DNA of 64,000 bases, taken from Phoronis australis (taxonomy: Eukaryota; Animalia; Phoronida). Shown piece after piece: positions 15,101 to 24,633 of this stretch (position 1 is its first letter; each line of letters opens with the position of its first letter). The stretch spans positions 110,652-174,651 of the forward strand of contig NMRA01000455.1 in the NCBI GenBank assembly GCA_002633005.1, read 5' to 3'. A model generated the notes under the pieces. It had not been told where the DNA came from, did no database searches, and worked only from the letters and a program-made list of their open reading frames with translations. The position numbers were made by a program, and so were the translations under genes.

Positions 15101-18100
15101 TTGCAAAGGCAGTTTTCAAAGAAATTTGAAATGTGTTACTTCACAGTTTCGTTTAAAAACATACATGTCTTATGGCATAGTCCTCCGCTCAGAGTAATGT
15201 TCTGTTCACGTTTCCTTCACCAGAATTCGGAATCCCAAATCAATGAAATGTGTCATTAAAACGGCCACTTGCAAAAGCGCGACTACTTTGTCAGTTTCCG
15301 CTCCCTCCGTAATAAATTTCTCGAAGTTTGCTATATAGCTTGTATATTACATACATATAAAAACTGAGATCGGTAGGATTCACATTTGACATTTTTCACA
15401 AATCACGACATCAACGTACAGCATAGTTACTCGGCGATAAAATGGCGTCAAGAAAAAGGCACTTGTGTGGAAAATGTTGAAACTACTGCTTATATTGCCA
15501 TCTTCCTTCATTAAATGTCTTTTTTGTGTTCGTCAACAGCTTGTATTGTATTTTGCTGCGTTTAGACTTTGCAATTACCACAGATACGATTTTAATTTCA
15601 TTTGGAAAATTTAGGCTAACTTGTGTTCAAGGGTAAACCACCTTGTCGATCGTAAATGACGTCTGCAAATACTTATTTACAGGCAACTTATTTGCAGAAG
15701 GGTCACGCGTCTATATACGCCATTAACGTAATAAGAGATCAGGTGACAGTGGAATTAATGTAACTTGATTAAATTGATATGGCTGCAGCTCGGTGAAATT
15801 TAGCAACCTTTCTCATCTGCACGGTGGTTGTAAAAGGAAAGAATGTCGGTGTTATTTTTTCAACATCTTTATTGGTACATGTAGATTTATCACTGTGTGT
15901 AATTCATTATTTCTGCTTGTAGTTGACGGCATGTGCAACAACATCGCGGCAGGACGGAGATCCATTGTGATTCATATCGCCAGAGTGTCGGGATCTATGG
16001 ACGGTTACACGGGCTGGAATTCTAGAAGCAGGGTCATTGTCGAGGAGATCCGTAATGGCGTGGATATCAGTGCAGGTTGTTACCATATACAGAACTTACG
16101 CATTGACAAAAATATGAAATCCATATTCTTGTCAATGCAATATTCATTCTAGATCTCACATGACTTGTGAATGCGTCTAACAGTGAGAGACTAACAAATA
16201 TTCTTTTCCAGAAAATGGGATGGAAAATGTTGTTTTGAATCCGTTGATAATTGTGTAGCCTTTAAATTGTTTTGTCCGTGCGTTTCGTTTTTTCGGATGA
16301 TCACCCGAGACGCTGGAGCTGCAACTGTTTTGAATAAGTCACATTTTGCGAATTTTGTTTACTTTTTCGCAATGATACAGTTTTTTGTTGAGAAAATTTT
16401 TAAGAAAATTCACTTTAAGTACACTATTTTTTAATCACTATTAGCGATTACATTGTGTTATTTCATAAGGGAAGCAAGTTATTATTTTCAAATTCAACAA
16501 TGCTGTGCATGGGAAGGTGTATGGAATATACGTGTATGTCGTTTCAAATCCACAGTTGTGACACGTGACGGTATCATCCAGCGACTACCCGAGTACAACT
16601 TTCAGCAATGGAGATGGTGGGCGTTGGGCGACGCAACAAATAACGGACATATTGGAAGTATCGTAAGTAAACTGTGTCATTTGACCGTTGAACCTACAAT
16701 GTAACGCTGATCAATTGATCCTGATGCTAATGGTATGCTGAGCATTTTTGACCTGTAGTATATTGCCTTATTAACTCTGGTTATCAAATTGTGGAATGCG
16801 CAGCAAAATTTGTAACAACGTCAACTGTGGTCAACGATGGAGTAGGGTCACAATGTACTGTATGATTGGGCTGTTGCGTTATTGGGCTACCTCTCTGTCT
16901 CACCGCCGTTGTATGAATTCATTACTTGCAGGAAGAGAACTCAGTGGAGTGCCTTATGGAAGAAGACATCCAACAAATCCTTGTTTTTTCCTTGACATGT
17001 TCACTAGGAAAAATCAAATCCCAACAAATGACCAAACAAATGCGAATTTGGCATATTTTTAATTCAAATTCACACCTACCCTGGTCCCAGATTGTGCACA
17101 CGGTTACAAACACTATTAACGTCTAAATTCGAGAAAATTAGGCAAAAATATGTAGTTACCGTGCAGATTTTTTTCCAAATTACTTTTTTTCGAAAATCTA
17201 ATTGTACATGTATTAACAGCAAAAATTTTGATCAAAACAAGGAAAGTGCTTTCGAAACTGCGTAAAAGAGAGCATAGGGACGTTTTTTACTTGAAACTGC
17301 TTCAAAGAAATAATGGATACCATTCGTGGCTGCCACTCATGAACATAGCTATCATCAAAGTTGGTCCACTACATTTTGTCAATCTTTGGGGGAGGTACAC
17401 TGACAGGAACCATGGTTAAATCAACTGAGCACTAAGTTGAAACTTTTATTTCAGCGCCATATCGCGTAATGTTTACTAAATTATGAGAGACGGGAAGGTG
17501 GTCAAAAGAGTCCACCTGGCTCTCTAAAACGAATATAGTCTATCAAAAGTTGAAAACCAAACACTTAAAGAAAGTTGTACGGCGATATTCTGTGCGTTAA
17601 GAACAAACTAAAGCAAATGGAGACACATTAGAGAGTAGATACGGAGGAGCGAGAAAGGCGACCTTCTAGGCAAGTTCAAGGCATGGTTTACTGGCGTGAT
17701 AAGAACAAGGAAATGATTTCAAAATAGCGGAAATTACAGATCTGGGTAAAGCAGTAGAAGCCACATGGATGAACTTTTTTACCCGAAACAGCTTCAAGCA
17801 ACTACTGGACACCAATCGCGGCAATCATTCACATTTAGTCAACATATTTGCCATCAAACCTAGCCCACTACATTTTAAAAACAAATTTGGGGAGGTATAC
17901 TTGCCCGAACCGTGGGTCTAGGGCCTGTTCGACAGCGGTTGTCAGGCGATTGCAGGTCATCTGAGAACTGCCGATGAAGCCCGTGTTCATCAACTTCATC
18001 CTTGTGGAATTGTTTCACCAGAATATAGTGTAATTTTTAATAAATTATGAGAGACCGGAAGTTGGTCTACAGCAGGTCAGTGGAGCTTCATCTGCCTATA

Positions 18101-21100
18101 TCTTCGTATCTCGAGGTCGCTATCCAGTGTTTCCTCGTCTGTTTTGAGGCGTCCGCCTCTGTTTCAGCCATAGCACTCTAGAACCATGATAGCGCGTATG
18201 TGTTCCTACTCCGAACAGGGCGACTGACGATGATTTTTGGATGGTTCCGACTACTGTAGCGCCCCTCATTGGCAATTTGTTTGTTTTGAGGGAGTGAGTC
18301 CGCAGTTGCATCACCTAAACTGCTAGAAGTATCGGTTTTCAATTTGATGAATGTATTTCTATGAGCATGGCAAAACATGACGACGACTTTTGTACGAATC
18401 GGACTACCGCTGTGTAAGTTTTAGCTTGTTTACCTTTTCCTCTGTATCTTTCGGTAAAATATTGTCCATTAACAAAACGGTAACACCTTTTTATATTCGA
18501 ATTTATTTTACATGTACGTACCTGATGATCAACATGAAAATTCTAAGATGTGTTCCTACTGGTAGGCGTATCATGTGCTTGATGACGATTTTCAACAGGT
18601 TTCGTCTGTGGCTCAATATTTAGCAACATCTTTGGTGGTTCTCCATGGAATCTTTATGTGTTTTTTGTAGAAGGGTGCAGCTGAAGTGGATTTTAGGACA
18701 AATCAGACTCTATGGTGGAGTCAACTGATTGCAATTTTGGTTTTCTAAATGCGATTTCCTTGATACCTAATAAGCTCTTTGTTGGACGAAAATTGGCAAA
18801 TAAGTTACTATGAGCAAGACGACAGAACACGCCTCGTTTTAGAGGAATGTGGCCTACATTGCGCCCCCTGGTGGCCTTTTAAATATTTTCGTTCAGTCCG
18901 TTGTTGTCCGCCTCCTTATCTACCAATATGCTCGAAGAATCGTTATGAACCTTTACGTACATGTACTATTCTCCTGCAGTGTACAAATCAAGAAATTTCC
19001 ATTTTCATGATCTAATCTAGAATCACGTTCCATTAAATTTGACTAAACTTGTCAAGCACGCCTTTTGTGTTGATACATAGTACTGTGGTTAAGCTGGTCA
19101 GAGCTTACAGTCAAAAAAGGAATCAACAGGTGAATGTTAAAGAGTTATTTCTCTGAAAGACAACCGCTTTTCTACATTCGTTCGTATAAGACACACCTTC
19201 TTCACAGCATCCTACATACAAGTCAAAAGCTTAAGTGCTGGTAAAAGTGCGAGAACATTTCCAGGTACACGGATACACCTAATTTACATGGGAAAGAGGA
19301 CACACCGTAAGAATCACAATAGACCTCGACAGATATAGCGCACATTTTGGTCTCGCGTTACGATCTACACAAAGCTTATAAAATAGATGACGCATGTATA
19401 TGAGGCGCTCAGACAGAAGGTACCGGAATTTTCCGTAGATAGGCCCATGGACGTGTATTCGGAAAATGAAAATTTGCAGGCGTTTTGTTAATATCAAATA
19501 AACGCTCGGGCGTTTATTCGGAAAAGGAGAGCGTGTAAACGGAAAGTCATAGCTTTGCTGACATCGACATTGTTTACTTAAAAGTGTTTACAAATTCTAT
19601 GTTGATAAATGCATAATTTGTCAGCACCTTGTTCGCTTTTATATATAAATACTCCATAAAACAAAATTTGTGACAAAAAGTTGACTGTAAGTGGGCTTTA
19701 GGAGGAAATTTTCCGAATAAACGCCCATGGGCATTTCATCGGGTGGGCTTATCTACGGAAATCCCCGGTACCGTTCATGTATGTCACGGTATCTTACCGT
19801 GGGAGTCTCGCGTAACCAAATTCAGTCCAGATGGTTTTGGCCACATTAAATCTTATTTGCTATTTACAGGAATTACAGAAATTTGTTGACGCAGACCACA
19901 CGTATGAAATGCTTTAAAAAATCATCAAATAAGTGCCTTTTTTAATTTCAGTCAGTTACCTATACCAAGAAGTCGTCTCAAAGTCTGCTGGCTGTGCAGT
20001 ACAACGGCGACTTGCGGCAGTATGAATCGTCCTACAACAGCGCTGGATGTGCCCGCTGGTACCTGACATTTAACGGGGCTGAATGTTCAACACCTGGACC
20101 TATTTCTACGGTCGCCTATCAAAGACTGTTGTACACTACGGATGAGGTGGATGACAATAAGCATTATACCACAACTCGTGAGTGAAGTAAAGCGTTATGG
20201 TAGACATTTTGATTGATATCAAATCATATCAGGATGATAACAAATGATCATCATAGATATCAGCTGATCACCAGTCATACACATGCATGTGAATTCATCT
20301 TTGCTCAGTGGTAAGAACTCAAAAAGTTGCCATTATTGATGATGGACCTTTCAATGAAATTCAAATGAATTCAAGCGAATTCTTATCCACCATTTATATC
20401 AAACAAAAGAATTATGAAAAACAATGGTCAGTCAAAAGAACATGTACTTTCAATTGGTTCACCGACCGCGTTGTGATGCAAAGGCCTGTTGAAGGACTCG
20501 GCGTGCAAACCTCTTTCCTACGTCAACATAGGTCAAGACGCCGCACGAAACAAGGGGGACGAACTGTCAAACAGATACTAAGATTAGCTGGCTTTACCGA
20601 TAATAGCTTTGTGTATAGAAGTGATGAGGCAAGTCAAAAATTGCACACTTTTGCAGCACTGGGAGAATCTCGTCGGTAAAACGGGAAGTTCAACCCAGAC
20701 AGTGTCCAGTTAACGGTTTGAAAAGCGTTTCTTGGACACACTTGGTCGCTTGCTGGCACTGAATCCAACCATAACATACTCAGCGCTTTTGTTAATACAT
20801 GTTTACGAATACCGCCTCCTGGGCCCCGTTTCATGAACTTTGTATGGTCATACACTTAAAGGGCTACATGTATCTAATGGCCATTCAGTTTCACCAAAAT
20901 TCAGATCGAAAATCTGTCTAATTAAGTGACAACCGAAACTTACGGAGTAGGCTTACTTAAAATCGGATTTAAGGTCTAAACAATCAACATTTATTACTTT
21001 AATGACTGAGAACCATCTTATCAGAGTTTGGTCACTTCGCGGGAAATAGCGAGCTTGCAGTCTCGGTCGAACTGACATACGCCTCTAGCTTCAACCGTGT

Positions 21101-21628
21101 GGAACATCCGATTGTTATGCCAGGGAAAGGTCGAATGTTCACATTAATGCTAAATCCTACCTAGCATTGTTAATCACATTTGATTTAGGCCAAAACAGAA
21201 GCGGAGCGTTGGATAGATGTGTCGTTATTTACTTACGCACGAAGTTTAAAATTCGTGCTTAGCATAGTTACCTTAATAGTTTTTGTCTTTGAGCTTGTCT
21301 TTATGTTAGTGTGGAAATGAGACAATAGATATCCCCGCTAAGATATTGCTTTGAATTATCCATGTTATTTCCATGTCTCATGCTCTCAATATACTGTTGA
21401 ATTGAACTGTATGCGTCTTATGATAACTTGACTAGCGTCATCTCATCAGAAGATATTTAGGCAAAACTATTTTTCTTTCCAGTGAGTGGCTACTGCGACC
21501 TTCCCGCAGGAAGCTACAATATTAGACTTTACGTCCAGACGTGTCCTGGTTACAGCCACAACGACGCATACACCTGCTGGAACTCTGCCTGCCGACTGAT
21601 GGTCAACGAAGTCTTCACAGTTGGTTAG
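1..21628 (+). CDS. Multi-exon gene (5' end outside window) for a mosaic extracellular protein: PAN/Apple + Cys-rich + CTHRC1 C-terminal domain + fibronectin type II + two more CTHRC1 C-terminal domains
   Basis: Phase-compatible GT-AG exons: <1-180, 4231-4339, 5246-5340, 6149-6347, 11982-12140, 12663-12830, 13475-13557, 14740-14941, 15923-16075, 16556-16662, 19952-20177, 21483-21628 (TAG). The total is 1827 nt = 609 codons with no internal stop. The donor at 16076 (GTTGTT) is weak; 16052 is an alternative in the same phase. Confidence 0.85.
4231..4339 (+). CDS. Exon: short Cys-rich (EGF-like?) module
   Basis: ccctttcag| ANNNNVDSSTECTNTICGDGPHACMKDCTNNVGVCV |gtaagc; phase 0 to 1. Confidence 0.7.
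4497..4650. mobile_element. Short MITE; a related arm lies at about 3940-4020
   Basis: gttcagtaacg..ctaggacctagctaaa pairs with tttagcgaggtcctagcgttactgaac. Confidence 0.55.
5246..5340 (+). CDS. Exon: start of CTHRC1-C domain 1
   Basis: ttgcag| PLEECDEVPVANIRHYYYSNFASGTDDGTLM |gtaaga; resembles CTHRC1 N-x-KQC-x-W...D-x-G-x-I. Confidence 0.75.
5651..6083. mobile_element. Fold-back MITE with long imperfect inverted arms
   Basis: ctaaatcacatactaaaaagcataaaagtc...ttccg pairs with cggaaacg...tgctttttagtaagtgatttag; inner arm tcccgcgtcag..gacctggtttt pairs with aaaaccaggtc..ctgacgcggga. Confidence 0.75.
6149..6347 (+). CDS. Exon: core of CTHRC1-C domain 1
   Basis: TQHFNKQYPYTSLRVSFRGVLRANHNCGGCCTRWYFTFNDQECPSPGNIE matches the CTHRC1 motif FTK...LRV.F.G.LR...CCQRWYFTFNGAEC. 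Confidence 0.9.
6806..6912 (+). mobile_element. Fragment of the same Penelope-like pLTR
   Basis: acagtgtatatagactagaggtcggtgtaaatagaccaagagattttaataatagttgt...cctcagagcggttttaggaagtc is near-identical to 26746-26805 (reverse complement) and 28256-28318. Confidence 0.8.
7289..8172. mobile_element. Non-autonomous DNA transposon, copy 1, 5-bp TSD GTGCC
   Basis: Termini CAGTGGCGGATCTAG...CTAAATCCGCCTATG; GTGCC at 7284-7288 and 8173-8177; homologous over its length to 36920-37883. Confidence 0.85.
11982..12140 (+). CDS. Exon: end of CTHRC1-C domain 1
   Basis: VDGICELTVTGNVVIKFRVGTCSGYGVADAYTGWGSG matches CTHRC1 VEGLC...VGTC..Y..GDASTGW. Confidence 0.9.
12663..12830 (+). CDS. Exon: fibronectin type II (FN2) domain
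   Basis: [51 protein letters not shown] fits the FN2 consensus. Symmetric phase 1-1 exon, in a frame not shown by the ORF track. Confidence 0.92.
13475..13557 (+). CDS. Exon: start of CTHRC1-C domain 2
   Basis: ctcttag| KCPKLSRFNIKQYSWTGSSGTDDGDIY |gtaagt. Confidence 0.8.
14740..14941 (+). CDS. Exon: core of CTHRC1-C domain 2
   Basis: TFYYNKRSADTAIRVLFQATIYLYQHGALRYSIRFDGNDCTNPGSING; good acceptor and donor. Confidence 0.85.
15923..16075 (+). CDS. Exon: end of CTHRC1-C domain 2
   Basis: DGMCNNIAAGRRSIVIHIARVSGSMDGYTGWNSRSRVIVEEI matches CTHRC1 GLC.GI.AG...TGWNSVSRIIIEE; 3' boundary uncertain. Confidence 0.85.
16556..16662 (+). CDS. Exon: start of CTHRC1-C domain 3
   Basis: ccacag| VTRDGIIQRLPEYNFQQWRWWALGDATNNGHIGSI |gtaagt. 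Confidence 0.75.
19421..19770. mobile_element. MITE with TACCG...CGGTA ends (Tc1/mariner-pogo-like)
   Basis: taccggaattttccgtagat...cccatgg..tattcggaaaa mirrored by ttttccgaataaacgcccatggg...atctacggaaatccccggta. Confidence 0.75.
19952..20177 (+). CDS. Exon: core of CTHRC1-C domain 3
   Basis: SVTYTKKSSQSLLAVQYNGDLRQYESSYNSAGCARWYLTFNGAECSTPGPI. Confidence 0.9.
21483..21628 (+). CDS. Terminal exon: end of CTHRC1-C domain 3
   Basis: ttttctttccag| SGYCDLPAGSYNIRLYVQTCPGYSHNDAYTCWNSACRLMVNEVFTVG* (TAG 21626-21628). Confidence 0.88.
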
Positions 21629-21804
21629 AGCACGTGCGAAATCCTTCTGCTCTCAATCAGCGCCAAGATTAAATGTCTGTACTCGAATATCTACTCGAAA
21701 ATTGACCAATTGCACGCCAGGCTTCGAGTAAAGTTACATGAACATACAGCGAATAAGTGTTAAATTTCGAGTCTGAAAACAATAACTTTTATATTTGAAC
21801 ATAT

Positions 21805-21836
21805 TCACTGATGATGCTGGTCAGTGAAACATCTGA
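21805..21836 (+). ncRNA. Minimal hammerhead-like motif downstream of the CTHRC1-domain gene stop
   Basis: UCA-CUGAUGA-UGCUGGUCAGU-GAAACAUC-UGA; the core is present, but ACGU is changed to ACAU and stem II is weak. Confidence 0.5.
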
Positions 21837-23959
21837 CATAGTAAATGTGTTTATATCCAAATATGAATGTTATCGCGAAACATTTTGTCGTTTCATTTTT
21901 ATTAAAATAATATCAAATCCTGCTTTTGTGATTTCAACCACTGCTCGTTCTGCCCCCTGCTAATTCGTCATTGACGTACCACTTGAGTGATAAAAGCAGG
22001 ATTCAACTAAAGCGTAGGTCACGCTTGTCCGTTTAGCAGTTTTTGTAAAGAATTTTAAATTGTGCTTGAAACATTTGAGGGTTGTCAAGGGTTACAGTGC
22101 ATTATATCATTTCAGAGAAGAAGACGGGAACGTCATTATTAAAATCTGTTAATAGGCCAAAATTGGTTTGGTATTTATTTAATGTTATGACCAAAAATTG
22201 ACAGGAAATCTGAGTCCGAGTCTGAGTTTGTGGTCCTTAGGGCAGTGTTTCGTAACGCAAGGTGCTCGAGAGACATACATGTACGGCACAAATTTCCCTT
22301 ATGAAAAGGGAACTACGTGTTTATTTGGAGCTTTCTCCAGTTAAAGATTAATATTTCGATAGCGACCATTTTTGTTAGTGTAAGCGATTAATGCACCTAT
22401 TTTTACCTGTGTAAATACTGAACGGGATAAACTACTTGCAACTATTTTTACCTGTACATGTACTTGCTAAACAGCTAACCACTGGTCTTTTATCTGCGTG
22501 AGATTGCGTAGTTTTGCGTAACCTATGTAGCCGAACGCTCCACAGAGTTCCTGGGATTTCTTGGCCTTTTCAAATGCCCATGTGTGTTATGCATTACAAC
22601 AAGTGCGGTTAATTTGACGCATGCTATGCTTCCAAACACGGTGAAGAGATGCTGGGGAAATTCGGATTCGTGAACACCTTATACGCGTCAGAATTTAAAT
22701 AACAGTGGACTCGTCAAATTTCGTTAACATTGGAATAATATTAACAGTCTAAGTATAAGGCAGTTTTCAAAATAAATAATACATATCATTGCCAGACTCT
22801 GCCAAACTTAGATAAACTTCCAGCCAGAATTATTTGGCAGCTTAATCGAACATTTGCCGCAATAAAATTGCGTTTGTCGAACTTAAAGGAAACGTTATTT
22901 AGCCTAACCGATAATCGTTTATTTACAAATGTGCGTATGCAGCAAAATTCCATCTATTTCTACAACGTTCATAGGGCAATTCTTGTCAAGTTTTCGCGAG
23001 AATTTAATTAGATTCTAGTCGAAAAGAAATGGTGAGGATACATCATTTAGTGGTGGTTTTGTGCGCCGAGATTGTGTAGACTTACGACGTTGTCCGCTTT
23101 ATTTTGAAGACTATTGTAGGTGAGGAGGTTTGTTACTTAGAGACTTCAGGGACGACTCTGCTTGTCCAAGAATACTCATGCTTTCTTCGAATGTTTATCG
23201 TGTGATAATCTTTTTAAAACAACTTATCTCGGTAATAAGTAGAAATTTCTACGTTATTTTTCTAAGAAATTTCCCCATGCATATGCGTGTAATTTTGCTT
23301 AAGACAAAACCAACGAATGATATGAGGAAGTGGCATGCTACTTTCAAAGTATCAAAAGCTTTCCACACTTGTAAACTTGAGTTTGTATTGTTTTAATACA
23401 TCAAATCAGAAAGAATGGGTCTTATTGATTTCGTCAATTACATGCATGTATATGGGTACGCATTTATTGCCTATAACCTGGTTCAATGATACATGTCTGC
23501 TATACACAGCGGCACTTTCATAATTCAGTGTAAATTATGGGGTTATTACCCGTGAAAAACGCATTACCTGAAAACAAGCATGCACTTGACATGCGGTCGT
23601 TATGATTAGCGTTGCTCAGCAAGAATCTGGCAGAATTATAACTTTGGACGATTGGGAATTCCGCGTGGATATGACGGCCCTGGGGCAAGCACTCCTGTCT
23701 GTACTGAGTCGCATTAACATAGTCTCTCGCCCGTCAATCTATCAGACTCGATTATCAATCTGCGGTATGTCAGTTGTACTCGACACATACATACATATAT
23801 GTTGTTGTTCTAGAATATTCCCCATGTATATCTAACGTTAAATAAACGTCGGGTTTGAATGTAGGATGCAGTTCCAACAAAGGAATGTGGCATGTCTAGT
23901 CATCACATGTGGTTATTGCACCTGGAAATTTTGGATCTCTTTTTAAATTCCTTTAAACG

Positions 23960-24245
23960 GCAAACTAGGCTTTCTGACACTGATCTGTGTAACAAACTAC
24001 GTTTGTTTTGTAATTTGCACACTGCTGAGGTAGAAATTCATTTCCTTGGCAATTGTCTTTTTTGCGAAGATTTAAGAATTTAGTTGATAACATGACACTA
24101 AGGGTCTTCTTCTCCCGGATTTCGACATGTTAAGTTCTGAAGACAAACTTGCTATTTTATGTAATAATTTTTGTAATGATCTGGCTTGATATATGGAAGG
24201 TGCTTTTAATAGTCGACGAAATTTTCTGTTCACTCAAAGTTAAAT
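23960..24245 (+). mobile_element. Decayed 3' end of a non-LTR retrotransposon (RTE-X/L2-like Zn-knuckle)
   Basis: FCNLHTAEVEIHFLGNCLFCEDLR resembles the C..C...E.E.HFL..C..Y..LR C-terminal motif. Confidence 0.5.
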
Positions 24246-24486
24246 AGTTTGAGCTTCATATCAAATTGTATGTGTATTGTTGTTCTTATTTTTGTTTGAA
24301 GTGATTATTAATAAGTCAAGTGGTCTGGGTGTTCAAATAACACTGGTAAATCTTCTTCTCTTCTGGTCCCTTTCCCAGCACCTTTTACTCATTCAACAGA
24401 TCTGTACATTTCCCGCAGTCGTCAAAGAGCCTCTTTATAAGGGAATATGTTCCATGTTCCTGTTGTGTGGAGCAGTACACGTACCC

Positions 24487-24633
24487 AAGGTCGGCGCAGC
24501 ACTAGAATAAGTGGGGGACTATAGCCCCCAAGCCTCCCCCCCTGTGGTGCACCGCCCATAGACCGTGGGCGGCGCAGCACTGAAAAAAGTGGGGGACTAT
24601 AGCCCCCCAGCCCCCTATGGTGCGTCACCCATG
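24487..24633. repeat. Two tandem copies of a ~75-bp GC-rich mini-MITE
   Basis: cggcgcagcact..aa.aagtgggggactatagccccc..gcc..tggtgc occurs twice. Confidence 0.65.

Noticed and set aside
17365-18070. Diverged short direct repeats about 500 bp apart
   Set aside because: They are too degenerate to define; probably old transposon remnants.
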